This document shows, piece by piece, positions 1 through 8,502 of a stretch of 44,111 nucleotides of DNA. This stretch comes from a phage: the sequence record PZ379076.1; one strand, given 5' to 3'. The first letter of the stretch is position 1; the number at the start of each line of letters is the position of its first letter. Both the position numbers and the translations under genes were made by a program. A model generated the notes under the pieces. The model saw only the letters and a list, made by a program, of their open reading frames with translations. It was not told the origin of the DNA and did not search any database.

Positions 1-173
1 AGGCACTGCGTTCTGGTGACGTCACGACTCTGCGGGCTAAGCTGGCGCTGTTCATCAACCAGAACGGCAAACCGATACTTGGACTGCGTCGTCGTACCGC
101 CGGTCGTCTGGCGCTGTTCGACGGTAAACCGTGGCAGGAGGCTGAGGCTATCGGGCGCGCGGTGAAAGGTTGA
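1..173 (+). CDS. endolysin (lysozyme-like), C-terminal part; 5' end is at the window end (43796-44111)
   Basis: Open phase ends TGA 171-173; translation ...GKPILGLRRRTAGRLALFDGKPWQEAEAIG fits the C-terminal G-L-x-RR-x-E-x-LF pattern of phage lysozymes; frame is continuous with 43796-44111 across the junction. Confidence 0.6.
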   Translation, partial: ALRSGDVTTLRAKLALFINQNGKPILGLRRRTAGRLALFDGKPWQEAEAIGRAVKG

Positions 174-239
174 CACATAAGACTAATCCGACGATACTTA
201 AATCACCTCCTGCTCCATCCCTCTGCTCTCCAGTTTTAT

Positions 240-268
240 CCCGGCCCTGACCCAGCCGGGATTTTTTT
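240..268 (+). terminator. rho-independent terminator after the lysis genes
   Basis: Stem cccggc (240-245) / gccggg (255-260), 9-nt loop, then a run of 7 T (262-268). Confidence 0.75.
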
Positions 269-290
269 ATCTATTTTCTGTGATGACTAG

Positions 291-319
291 TTGACTATTA
301 TCCTCGACCCTATTATATT
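291..319 (+). promoter_or_regulatory. sigma70-like promoter for the 354-2492 small-gene operon
   Basis: TTGACT (291-296), 17-nt spacer, TATATT (314-319); ATG at 354 lies ~30 nt downstream behind an aacgagaacggag leader. Confidence 0.55.
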
Positions 320-353
320 TACTTCATCGACAACGAGAACGGAGTAGAGAGAA

Positions 354-554
354 ATGGGCAACGTATCGACGATAGAAATAACCGAAGAACTCGAAGTTAA
401 ATGTATCGCATCAGCTATAATAGGGAATGGTTCGGTGGAAAAACTACAGATGAGGGCTGCTGCGGGCTACATACGCAGGGCTAATAGCGCGCAGACTGAT
501 GTTTTACGTAAACGTTACCTCGTGAAAGCGTTAGAAATACTGGAGAATAACTAA
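354..554 (+). CDS. hypothetical protein; shares a ~45-aa segment (GYIRRANSA-x-TD-x-LR) with the 41733-42491 protein
   Basis: 66-aa ORF in track; purine-rich leader; internal paralogy seen by eye. Confidence 0.6.
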   Translation: MGNVSTIEITEELEVKCIASAIIGNGSVEKLQMRAAAGYIRRANSAQTDVLRKRYLVKALEILENN

Positions 555-703
555 TGAAAATCACAGATATCGAAGCATTCAAAGACGCGCAACTGATGGC
601 GCGCATCGCAGTTAGTAACCTGAGCAACAGCATTCCAGCGGACGCGTTCTGGTTCGCTGCGATGCAGACACTTAAAGCAGCTTATGCAGGAGAGAAGAAA
701 TGA
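554..703 (+). CDS. hypothetical small protein (49 aa)
   Basis: ATG overlaps upstream stop (TAATG) and its stop overlaps the next start (ATGA); below track size cut-off. Confidence 0.45.
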   Translation: MKITDIEAFKDAQLMARIAVSNLSNSIPADAFWFAAMQTLKAAYAGEKK

Positions 704-897
704 AAGTTAAAGCCGCTAAAATTCTCTGGTTAGCCGCCCTTGACTATGTGACAGAGGGTAAAGTGTACGATGTGTACAACCCGACAGCTACTGGTTTCGG
801 TTATATAGACTCCGACGACGACTGCTGTATTTTCATAGACTTTGGTAACGATGAAGGTGATGGCTTCCACGGCGTTAAATGGGAGATTGTAGAATGA
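700..897 (+). CDS. hypothetical protein
   Basis: 65-aa ORF in track, ATGA-coupled on both sides. Confidence 0.55.
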   Translation: MKVKAAKILWLAALDYVTEGKVYDVYNPTATGFGYIDSDDDCCIFIDFGNDEGDGFHGVKWEIVE

Positions 898-1052
898 GCG
901 AACAAGGTCAAGTAAGCCAACCACTACGGGTAGGCCGTAAAGTCAGCCACACCCCGTTCCCGACACGCGAGGAACTGATGAAACGTAACAGTTTCCCTGG
1001 GCCGGACAAGAACAAGTATCTCAATCGCATGTGGGGAGAGCGTAAAGTATGA
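894..1052 (+). CDS. hypothetical small protein (52 aa)
   Basis: ATG 894 overlaps previous stop; stop overlaps ATG 1049; fills a gap in a tightly coupled operon. Confidence 0.45.
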   Translation: MSEQGQVSQPLRVGRKVSHTPFPTREELMKRNSFPGPDKNKYLNRMWGERKV

Positions 1053-1273
1053 CTAATAACGAATATGAAAAAGCATGCGTCGAATCCGCGACCGGTGAAT
1101 CTGAAATAGCGTGGATTGACACCCACATCGAACACCACTTACGGCAGGTGGATAATCTTATGGAACGCCGCCGTGAGCTGATTATCCGCTTCAACATGAA
1201 CAAGGGGCGCGCTATTTCTGACGATTTCGATGGGGATTACCGAAATGGCGATTTTTATGAGGGAGCCGAATAA
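1049..1273 (+). CDS. hypothetical protein
   Basis: 74-aa ORF in track, start/stop coupling. Confidence 0.55.
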   Translation: MTNNEYEKACVESATGESEIAWIDTHIEHHLRQVDNLMERRRELIIRFNMNKGRAISDDFDGDYRNGDFYEGAE

Positions 1274-1563
1274 TGCCTAAAATCACAATCGCGTCACTTG
1301 AGCGTCGTATTCTGGTCCTTGAGTCAGAGAAACAGACGTTAGGCGGGCAACTGTCAATTAACGGTGAGTTTCAACTGGAGGCGTTTAAGGAGTTACTGGC
1401 TATTAAGACGCAAGAACCGAACGTGTACGCGGGGTTGTTCGTCGGTGAAGACAGTTCTTCGCTGGCTTATTACAACACGGCAACCGCAGCTTCAAAGGAT
1501 GGGGCTGATGTGATAATCCCGCTGTACGACAATGTTGTCGGACCAGAAGATGAAAGCGCCTGA
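1273..1563 (+). CDS. hypothetical protein
   Basis: 96-aa ORF in track; TAATG overlap with upstream gene. Confidence 0.6.
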   Translation: MPKITIASLERRILVLESEKQTLGGQLSINGEFQLEAFKELLAIKTQEPNVYAGLFVGEDSSSLAYYNTATAASKDGADVIIPLYDNVVGPEDESA

Positions 1564-1732
1564 ACCGGTAGTTATTGATGGCGTCCTGTGGAAACCATAC
1601 TCGGTTAACCACATCGACGCCGACGGGAAGAAGTTCAGCTTCTACATTTTTGCAATTAGCCGTGAGCATGCTGCCTGTGTGGTCGATGATATACGAGAAA
1701 CGGCGTGGCTCGGTGATGAGATAGTGGGGTAA
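1532..1732 (+). CDS. hypothetical protein (alternative start ATG 1550)
   Basis: 66-aa ORF in track overlapping the end of the previous gene. Confidence 0.5.
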   Translation: MLSDQKMKAPEPVVIDGVLWKPYSVNHIDADGKKFSFYIFAISREHAACVVDDIRETAWLGDEIVG

Positions 1733-1736
1733 GAGT

Positions 1737-1820
1737 ATGAGTCTTGAGGTTGTTATTGGCCTGGTCGGTCTTAGTTACTTCATCGGACTATTGGTTGGGT
1801 TTCTGTGGGGCAGATACTAA
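1737..1820 (+). CDS. hypothetical 27-aa hydrophobic peptide
   Basis: ATG 1737, translation MSLEVVIGLVGLSYFIGLLVGFLWGRY is one predicted transmembrane helix; stop overlaps next ATG. Confidence 0.35.
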   Translation: MSLEVVIGLVGLSYFIGLLVGFLWGRY

Positions 1821-1990
1821 TGTTCAGTGACATCAACGCAGCAATCGAAGAGGCAATCTGGCGACGCTACAACGGCGAGCAGCAACGGCACTTCTGCCTG
1901 GTGCAACGCGGCAACATGGTCGCCGTAGTGCAGGACCGCGATAACAAATATCCGAATGCGATGTGGACGACGAGGAATTTCTTAGGATGA
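1820..1990 (+). CDS. hypothetical protein
   Basis: ATG 1820 within track ORF 1805-1990 (which opens on GTG); coupled to neighbours. Confidence 0.5.
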   Translation: MFSDINAAIEEAIWRRYNGEQQRHFCLVQRGNMVAVVQDRDNKYPNAMWTTRNFLG

Positions 1991-2223
1991 TTACCAGCAT
2001 TCCTAACCTTATTAAAGAATTTGGCACGATGGCGGAGACGTGCCGACAAACAGGCCTCAACGAAATGACGATTGCGAAGTACAGCAAAGACGTGAAATGC
2101 GAGCGCCATGTAATTTATAATAACCGCCTTATGACGCACGTTAAGACAAGCCCGGTGTTATTCACGCGCCGTGGTATCACTAAAACAGAGCAACGCATTG
2201 CGCGAGAGGAGAGCGGGGAATGA
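1987..2223 (+). CDS. hypothetical protein
   Basis: ATG 1987 (ATGA overlap) inside track ORF 1963-2223. Confidence 0.5.
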   Translation: MITSIPNLIKEFGTMAETCRQTGLNEMTIAKYSKDVKCERHVIYNNRLMTHVKTSPVLFTRRGITKTEQRIAREESGE

Positions 2224-2492
2224 TTGAATATGATAACTACCACATAAACCGGTGTGAGGCACTTGAATTTTTGTCCAGAAACTTCCACGATTTCCCAGAA
2301 CACATGCCTAATGTACGCGAAGTTGCGGAGGGTATTTCCGAGAACATATTCAAAGGCTGGCGATTCGTCGTTATTGATTCTGGTGAGTTGGTTTTCGCTG
2401 ATTGCCTTTCACCATGTATTCGTAAAATAGACCTTGAGGAATTTAATGCAACTTTTAGTCTTTCCGAATGCCTGGGTTATAGCGGTAGCTAA
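2220..2492 (+). CDS. hypothetical protein
   Basis: 90-aa ORF in track, ATGA overlap with upstream gene, last gene before a terminator. Confidence 0.6.
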   Translation: MIEYDNYHINRCEALEFLSRNFHDFPEHMPNVREVAEGISENIFKGWRFVVIDSGELVFADCLSPCIRKIDLEEFNATFSLSECLGYSGS

Positions 2493-2550
2493 CGACCATT
2501 ACGGCGGCGACGGTAAACGCGCGCCACGCCACGGCCTATATAACTGATAC

Positions 2551-2574
2551 AAGCCCTCTACGGAGGGCTTTTCT
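2551..2574 (+). terminator. rho-independent terminator
   Basis: Stem aagccctc (2551-2558) / gagggctt (2563-2570), loop tacg, then TTCT. Confidence 0.6.
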
Positions 2575-2609
2575 GTACATCCCGCCCAATCCCCTTATAT
2601 AATCCCTTT

Positions 2610-2651
2610 AGACGCGTAGGGCGCGTCTGGTGCGCTCTGATGGTCAGACGC
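2610..2651 (+). promoter_or_regulatory. inverted-repeat cluster at the 5' edge of terS (candidate packaging recognition site)
   Basis: AGACGCG (2610-2616) / CGCGTCT (2622-2628) perfect inverted repeat, plus a third CAGACGC at 2645-2651. Confidence 0.3.
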
Positions 2652-2668
2652 ATATGCAAGGGGATTCT

Positions 2669-3178
2669 ATGAAGCTGAAACTTAAGCAGCCATCGCCAGA
2701 GGTGGTACAAGCTGCACATGAAGAAGCTGTTAGCGCAAACCGTCGCCGTAAACGACCGCGCGGTAAACAGAGCCTTTATCAATCATCCCGTAATTCCGCC
2801 GCGTTGTGGGACCCGGGCTATTGCGATGCACTAATCGAGTTCTTCGACCGCACGTCGTGGGAGCTTGTGCCTACGTCTAAGGGTGACGAACGCCCGCTGA
2901 TTCAGGATAAACCACCGTCACTGGCCCGCTTCGCCTTACACATCGGAGTCACTATCCCGATTATTAAGCTTTGGCTGCGTGAGATTCCCGCATTTGCAGA
3001 AGCCTGGGAGACAGCACAGGCGCTGGAAGAGGCATACTTCACTGAAACGGGGGCCGCGGGCATCTCTGCTACGTTTGCTGCCGCGAAACTGGGCCTGAAT
3101 AAAACAGTTGTCGCCGAAGAAGTACGCGACGAGCCAATCAGCGAAGTAACAATTAAGGTGGTGTCCGGTGAACGTTAA
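2669..3178 (+). CDS. terminase small subunit (putative)
   Basis: ATG 2669 with AAGGGGA SD, inside track ORF 2630-3178; basic N-terminus, immediately upstream of and overlapping the large terminase gene. Confidence 0.6.
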   Translation: MKLKLKQPSPEVVQAAHEEAVSANRRRKRPRGKQSLYQSSRNSAALWDPGYCDALIEFFDRTSWELVPTSKGDERPLIQDKPPSLARFALHIGVTIPIIKLWLREIPAFAEAWETAQALEEAYFTETGAAGISATFAAAKLGLNKTVVAEEVRDEPISEVTIKVVSGER

Positions 3179-4439
3179 TATCACGGCAACGGAGCCGCAA
3201 GGCGCGTTTCTCGGTATGCATTGCAAGTTTCCGGCATTCGTAGCTGGCTTCGGTACGGGTAAATCCGAAGTTATGTGCAACTCTGCACTACTCGACAGCA
3301 TGGAAGGTGGTAGCGATTCTATCATCGCCATGTATGAGCCGACTTATGACCTGGTGCGCCTCATCCTTGCACCGCGTATGGAAGAAAAGCTCACCGACTG
3401 GGGTATCCGGTACAAATACAACAAGTCTGACAACATAATCTATACGTCTTCCGGACAATTTGGGGATTTTGTTCTGCGTACACTTGATAATCCAGCACGA
3501 ATCGTTGGCTACGAATCGTTTCGTGCGAAAATCGACGAGTTGGACACCCTTAACATGGAGCACGCCGAGCACGCGTGGAACAAAGTCATCGCCCGTAACC
3601 GCCAGTTGCCGCGGACATATAAACCTATTACACCGAAACCTGCTAATACCGTTTCCGTGTTCACTACCCCGGAAGGATTCCGTTTCGTACATGACCGCTG
3701 GGTAGTCAAAAAGAATCCAGGCTACGAGATGATTCAGGCGTCCACCCTGTCTAACCCGTTCCTGCCAGAAGATTATGTGCAGTCGTTACGCGACACATAC
3801 CCAGGTCAGTTGATTGACGCCTACATCAACGGCGAGTTCGTCAACCTGACGGCGGGGACTGTCTATTACGCCTATGACCGCAGGAAAAACAGCAGCCGCG
3901 AAACAATAAAACCAGGCGAGACTCTGTATATCGGGCAGGACTTTAACGTAGGCCACATGGCTAGTACAGTTTACGTGCAACGTGGCAAAGTCTGGCATGC
4001 AGTCGCCGAGTTGGTGGATATGTTCGATACGCCCGATGTGGTGAGAGCCGTAACAGAGCGCTGGAAAAGTAAGGGCCACTATATCGTTATGTACCCCGAC
4101 GCAAGCGGTAAAAACCGTAAAAGTAACAACGCCAGCACATCTGATATTGCCCAGTTACAGCAGGCCGGCTTCGAAGTGCGCGCTAAATCGACAAACCCAC
4201 CGGTTAAAGACCGCGTAGCGGCGATGAATAAGGCGCTTGAATCTGGTATGGTCATGATTAATGAACAGGCTTGCCCTGTTACCGCACGATGCCTGGAGCA
4301 ACAGGCTTACGACAAGAACGGCGAACCGGATAAATCAGGCGGTGTGGACCACCAGAATGATGGAACCACATACCCTATCGCGTATGAAATGCCGATTCGC
4401 AAACCAGTTATTAACGTCCCGGTGACTTTCGCACTTTAA
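3168..4439 (+). CDS. terminase large subunit
   Basis: 423 aa; Walker A-like GFGTGKS near the N-terminus; position between terS and portal. Confidence 0.85.
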   Translation: MNVNITATEPQGAFLGMHCKFPAFVAGFGTGKSEVMCNSALLDSMEGGSDSIIAMYEPTYDLVRLILAPRMEEKLTDWGIRYKYNKSDNIIYTSSGQFGDFVLRTLDNPARIVGYESFRAKIDELDTLNMEHAEHAWNKVIARNRQLPRTYKPITPKPANTVSVFTTPEGFRFVHDRWVVKKNPGYEMIQASTLSNPFLPEDYVQSLRDTYPGQLIDAYINGEFVNLTAGTVYYAYDRRKNSSRETIKPGETLYIGQDFNVGHMASTVYVQRGKVWHAVAELVDMFDTPDVVRAVTERWKSKGHYIVMYPDASGKNRKSNNASTSDIAQLQQAGFEVRAKSTNPPVKDRVAAMNKALESGMVMINEQACPVTARCLEQQAYDKNGEPDKSGGVDHQNDGTTYPIAYEMPIRKPVINVPVTFAL

Positions 4440-4451
4440 GAGGATTATTCA

Positions 4452-5933
4452 ATGTTAACTATGAACGGTCAGAATCAGGGTGTTAAGACAAAACACCGGG
4501 AATGGCTGCATCACTTCGATAAATGGCAGAAGGTACGCCACGCTCTTGAAGGCGACCTTATCCGCTATCTGCGCAACGTCGGGAAGAACGAGCCTGACCA
4601 GACCTACGCAGCACAGCGACAGGAAGAATACGAGAACGGCGCTATCTGCTACAATTTCACCAAACGCACGCTGGCGGGGATGACGGGGTCAGTGATGCGC
4701 AAAGACCCTGAGCAGATTATCCCGCCTGAACTTGAGTACCTGTTGCACAACGCTGACGGTTCAGGTGTCGGGCTGTGGCAGCACGCGCAGGATACGCTGA
4801 TGGAGATTAACTCGATAGGCCGTGGCGGGTTGCTGGTGGACGCCCCGGAAACAGCCGCAGCAACGGCGGCAGAGCAGAACGCGGGATTATTAAACCCGGT
4901 AATCGCATTCTATACCGCGGAGAACATTATCAACTGGAGACTCACCCGCATCGGTTCAGTGAACCGCGTGACGATGGTTGTATTGCGTGAGGCATGGGAA
5001 TACTCGGAACCAGGCGCTGAGTTTGAAACAAAATTCGGCGAGCAATACCGCGTCCTTGACCTGATTGACGGTCGCTACCGCCAGCGCATCTACCGCTTCG
5101 ATGCCGAAGGTGGCGCACAGGATGAAGTAATCGAAATCTTCCCGGAACTCGGCGAACAGTTGCGCGGTAAAATCCCGTTCACGTTCATTGGCGCAAGCAA
5201 CAACGACGCCACTATAGACGATGCGCCTTTACTGCCGTTAGCTGAGCTAAATATAGGACACTTCAGAAATTCGGCCGATGTGGAAGAGGCCAGCTTTATA
5301 GTAGGTCAACCGACACTGTTCATTGCCCCCGGCGAGAACATGAGCATGGAGCAGTGGAAAGAAGCCAACCCACACGGCATACGCATGGGGTCGCGTTCAG
5401 GCCACAACATCGGCTCCGGCGGAAATGCGTTTCTGGTTCAGGCGGCGGAAACTAACCTCGCCAAACAGAATATGCTGGATAAAGAGAATCAGGCCATCCA
5501 GATTGGCGCGCAGCTTATCACCCCGACGCAGCAAATCACCGCGGAATCGGCCCGCCTGCAACGCGGCGCCGACACGTCAGTCATGGCAACAATAGCACGT
5601 AATGTAAGCATGGCGTATACCGATGCGTTGCGCTGGGTTGCGGGTATGCTTGGGCTTAGTGAAGATACTGAGATTGAGTTCAAGCTGAATATGGAATTCT
5701 TCCTGCAACCTATGACAGCTCAGGACCGCGCTCAGTGGATGGCGGATATTAACGCTGGCCTGCTACCCGCCACCGCTTACTATGCTGCGTTGCGCAAGGC
5801 AGGTGTGACTGACTGGACAGATGAGGACATTCAGAACGCTATTGAAGACGCACCTCTGCCGTTGGGTTCTGTTGCTCAGGTAGCGGGAGAGATTCCGCAG
5901 TCGGCGCAGCAACAGGACACCACTCAGCAGTAA
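4452..5933 (+). CDS. portal protein (putative)
   Basis: 493 aa, directly after terL and before the head morphogenesis gene; assignment by size and position. Confidence 0.65.
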   Translation: MLTMNGQNQGVKTKHREWLHHFDKWQKVRHALEGDLIRYLRNVGKNEPDQTYAAQRQEEYENGAICYNFTKRTLAGMTGSVMRKDPEQIIPPELEYLLHNADGSGVGLWQHAQDTLMEINSIGRGGLLVDAPETAAATAAEQNAGLLNPVIAFYTAENIINWRLTRIGSVNRVTMVVLREAWEYSEPGAEFETKFGEQYRVLDLIDGRYRQRIYRFDAEGGAQDEVIEIFPELGEQLRGKIPFTFIGASNNDATIDDAPLLPLAELNIGHFRNSADVEEASFIVGQPTLFIAPGENMSMEQWKEANPHGIRMGSRSGHNIGSGGNAFLVQAAETNLAKQNMLDKENQAIQIGAQLITPTQQITAESARLQRGADTSVMATIARNVSMAYTDALRWVAGMLGLSEDTEIEFKLNMEFFLQPMTAQDRAQWMADINAGLLPATAYYAALRKAGVTDWTDEDIQNAIEDAPLPLGSVAQVAGEIPQSAQQQDTTQQ

Positions 5934-5943
5934 GTTCACCTAT

Positions 5944-5966
5944 AGCCCCGAAAGGGGCTTTCTTAT
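5944..5966 (+). terminator. stem-loop / weak terminator after portal
   Basis: agcccc (5944-5949) gaaa ggggct (5954-5959) followed by TTCTTAT. Confidence 0.4.
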
Positions 5967-5969
5967 AGT

Positions 5970-7046
5970 ATGCTATTAACTTTAGCGCCACAGGGTTTAT
6001 CTATGAGCTTACTTACATCCCTAATCAGCCATCAGATATGGCTGCAACGCACCGCATCCGGTGAGGTGAAAGACCTCACGCCGTTCATTCAGGAGATAAG
6101 GGATGAAATCAAACGGCAGGTGCTGTTATTCGGTGACGACGGTCGCAGCACTGCGCGACTGAATAAACTGTTACGCGACCTGGAAGAAGCACTAACCGGT
6201 ATTACGGGTGACTGGCAAACAAAGCTAACAGACGACCTTAAGGAACTGGCGGCGTACGAGGCTGAGTGGAACGTAAAGACACTGACCGCCAACGTAGACG
6301 CGGAATTTGTTACGCCTACCGCTGAGCAGGTATGGGCCGCTGCCGAGTTTCAACCATTATCATTGAGCGACAAGCCCGTTGATTTCACCAAGCTGATGTC
6401 TGGATGGGGCGAAACGGAAGTAGCACGTCTTGTAACTGGAGTTAAGATGGGCTTTGTGCAAGGTCAAACCACACGGCAGATTGTTAAGAATGTTGTTGGC
6501 GCTGGTGGACTAGCCGACATCTCAGAACGTAACGCGACTACGGTAATCCGCACCGCGCTGTCCCACGTATCCAACGAGGCCCGTAACGAGACGTACCGCC
6601 AGAACGACGACATCATCGAGAAGTACGAGTGGGTGTCAACGCTTGACAGCCGCACCAGTACGATTTGCAGGGTCAGAGACGGGATGACGTGGGAAATTGG
6701 TAAGGGGCCGATGCCCCCAGCCCATCCGAACTGCCGGTCGTGCACGGCTCCGGTAATCAGTTCCGAGTTCGACTTCCTCGATAAAGGCGCAAAACGCGCG
6801 GCTAAAGGCGCGGAAGGTGGCACTCAGGTAAGCGCAGACACCACTTACTACGAGTTCCTTAAACAACAACCGGCGTGGTTTCAGGACCAGGCGCTCGGCC
6901 CGGTGCGAGGTAAGATTTTCCGTAACAGCGGTATATCGCCGGAAGAGTTTCGCGTAATATCTGTAGATGGTTTCGGGAATCCGCTCACGCTTAAGCAGAT
7001 GGCGGAACTCGATAAACGTGTTGCTGATTATCTGAAAGGGGAATAA
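5970..7046 (+). CDS. head morphogenesis protein (Mu F / SPP1 gp7-like)
   Basis: 358 aa; motif VSTLDSRTSTICRVRDG...HPNCRSC typical of Mu-F-like minor head proteins; follows portal. Confidence 0.8.
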   Translation: MLLTLAPQGLSMSLLTSLISHQIWLQRTASGEVKDLTPFIQEIRDEIKRQVLLFGDDGRSTARLNKLLRDLEEALTGITGDWQTKLTDDLKELAAYEAEWNVKTLTANVDAEFVTPTAEQVWAAAEFQPLSLSDKPVDFTKLMSGWGETEVARLVTGVKMGFVQGQTTRQIVKNVVGAGGLADISERNATTVIRTALSHVSNEARNETYRQNDDIIEKYEWVSTLDSRTSTICRVRDGMTWEIGKGPMPPAHPNCRSCTAPVISSEFDFLDKGAKRAAKGAEGGTQVSADTTYYEFLKQQPAWFQDQALGPVRGKIFRNSGISPEEFRVISVDGFGNPLTLKQMAELDKRVADYLKGE

Positions 7047-7507
7047 TGATGGGCTTTTTCAAAGTAACTGACGTACCGTCTCGTCGCGTAGTCCAGTACG
7101 CCCGCGTGTCTGGCTCTGGCGAGAACGTGGTATTTATTGAGGACGAAAGTGTACTCGGTACACCGGTAGATGATATGCCGTTTGCAGATAAAACCGGTAT
7201 TGCGTTGCCCGCCGCTGGTATGCTTTATGAAATTCCGTATCTGGCGGACGCTGGTGACGTGTATTTCTCTGTGCAACCGAAAGACACTGAACTTACAGAT
7301 GGCAGCGCAACTATCACTGTCGAAGTTAAGGCGGGTAAAGCACCGTATGCTCTGACCTGGTACAAAGACGGTAAGGAAGTGGTAAACGCCCCGGAAGAGG
7401 CCTTGTCTCTGACGGTTAATGCAGTTGGTGAATACTTCGTTAAAGTTACCGATGCCGGTGGCGTAGAGGCCGTCAGTAAAGCGGCGAAGGTCGCTAAACC
7501 AGAATGA
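7046..7507 (+). CDS. Ig-like domain protein (possible capsid decoration)
   Basis: 153 aa; ...ALTWYKDGKEV...VKVTDAGG segment resembles bacterial Ig-like domains. Confidence 0.55.
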   Translation: MMGFFKVTDVPSRRVVQYARVSGSGENVVFIEDESVLGTPVDDMPFADKTGIALPAAGMLYEIPYLADAGDVYFSVQPKDTELTDGSATITVEVKAGKAPYALTWYKDGKEVVNAPEEALSLTVNAVGEYFVKVTDAGGVEAVSKAAKVAKPE

Positions 7508-7510
7508 TAA

Positions 7511-7537
7511 AAGGCCCCATTAAGGGGCCTTAGTTTT
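7511..7537. terminator. bidirectional rho-independent terminator
   Basis: Stem aaggcccc (7511-7518) / ggggcctt (7524-7531); T-run follows on plus strand and A-run precedes it (T-run on minus). Confidence 0.75.
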
Positions 7538-7740
7538 CAACGGAATCTTGTGTTTAAATCCTGCTCGTGGACGACCCTCAGAACAGTGTCATAATCCCCG
7601 TATCTTCCAGGTTCAAATATATCTAATGCCCTGTAAGCAGACATTGCGTCAGGGAAAACCTGCAGAACCTTTTTAACACGGCACAAGTCACCGTCGAACT
7701 CTTCATCGAACTCTTGAACTACTTCGCAAATTGCATACAT
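7537..7740 (-). CDS. hypothetical protein (lone minus-strand gene in the head region)
   Basis: 67-aa ORF in track; AGGAGG SD 6 nt before ATG; own promoter upstream and terminator downstream. Confidence 0.6.
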   Translation of the reverse strand: MYAICEVVQEFDEEFDGDLCRVKKVLQVFPDAMSAYRALDIFEPGRYGDYDTVLRVVHEQDLNTRFR

Positions 7741-7767
7741 TTTTCACCTCCTGCTTAAGTTAACTGA

Positions 7768-7796
7768 ATAGTACCCTATTATATTGGGGTGTGCAA
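7768..7796 (-). promoter_or_regulatory. promoter, TTGCAC-N17-TACTAT family
   Basis: Minus strand reads TTGCAC (7796-7791), 17-nt spacer with AATAG-N4-CTATT palindrome, TACTAT (7773-7768). Confidence 0.5.
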
Positions 7797-7862
7797 ACTA
7801 TTTATTTAATTATTCCAGTTATTCCGCTCAATTGTAAATGTTGGAATAAACTATTCGAATAG

Positions 7863-7891
7863 TTGACTTTTCACTAAAAATATGATAAGCT
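7863..7891 (+). promoter_or_regulatory. promoter of conserved element copy 1
   Basis: TTGACT (7863-7868), 17-nt spacer, TAAGCT (7886-7891); same arrangement at 39678-39706. Confidence 0.45.
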
Positions 7892-8000
7892 CCACCTGAG
7901 CTTGTGAAGTATGAACAAGCGACCGCGGCGCGGGCAGGTAACGGAGCGGGACGTAAGTCCTGAGTGTAGTTACGCTGACGCGTTCGGAAGGGCCATACTC
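7886..8000 (+). repeat. conserved ~115-nt element, copy 1 (candidate structured RNA or leader)
   Basis: First 43 nt identical to 39701-39743, then matching with two offsetting 1-nt indels through ...TTCGGAAGGGCCATA(C/A)TCTATTG; GCTTGT/ACAAGC stem 7900-7920. Confidence 0.85.
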
Positions 8001-8070
8001 TATTGCTTGTGTAAAAAGTAACGGGTTTACTGAGATTACGCCGTTTCTATGTTTAAATGATAAGGACTAG

Positions 8071-8099
8071 CGCCCCGCTTTAAGGCGGGGCTTTACTTA
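8071..8099 (+). terminator. hairpin plus U-rich tract (terminator or attenuator) before Rz
   Basis: Stem gccccgc (8072-8078) / gcggggc (8085-8091), then TTTACTTA; Rz ATG at 8116. Confidence 0.4.
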
Positions 8100-8115
8100 T
8101 CGAGAAAGGAGAAAC

Positions 8116-8502
8116 ATGAATCTTAAAGCAACCGTCGTAGCAGGAGCATGTTTCATCATCCTGGCTTACACACACGGCATTTATCAGTACCGCAGCGGCT
8201 GGCACGAAGGCCGCGCTAATCTCGTTTCGCAGCAACAGCAAAAAGCACAGGCTGAGTTAGCTAAGAAAACACAACGGCAGCAGCAGGACGAATCTAAGGC
8301 CGCCGCCGCCGATTCCAAAGGCAAGACGAAATCAGAGGTGATTACCCGTGAAGTCGTTAAGTACATTAAAACGCCTGGTCGCAGCGGGTGCGCTTTTGAC
8401 CCTGAGCGCGTGCAGCTCAAGTCCCGCGCCGTCGCAAACGCTAATTCCATTACCGGATACGACGATGATGCAGCCTCCGTGCAAACTGGCAGCGCCAAGT
8501 AG
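8116..8502 (+). CDS. Rz-like inner-membrane spanin
   Basis: 128 aa; N-terminal hydrophobic helix, Q/K-rich coiled-coil-like middle, and an overlapping lipoprotein gene in another frame. Confidence 0.65.
   Translation: MNLKATVVAGACFIILAYTHGIYQYRSGWHEGRANLVSQQQQKAQAELAKKTQRQQQDESKAAAADSKGKTKSEVITREVVKYIKTPGRSGCAFDPERVQLKSRAVANANSITGYDDDAASVQTGSAK

Noticed and set aside
2598-2603. Perfect TATAAT hexamer upstream of terS
   Set aside because: No acceptable -35 at 16-18 nt spacing; kept only as part of the context of the candidate packaging site.
7911-8018. ATG-initiated 35-codon ORF (MNKRPR...) inside conserved element copy 1, with a 41-codon counterpart in copy 2
   Set aside because: The copies differ by two offsetting 1-nt indels, so the middle of the peptide is entirely different while the nucleotide sequence and a stem-loop are conserved; no convincing SD. 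RNA or DNA-level conservation fits better than coding.
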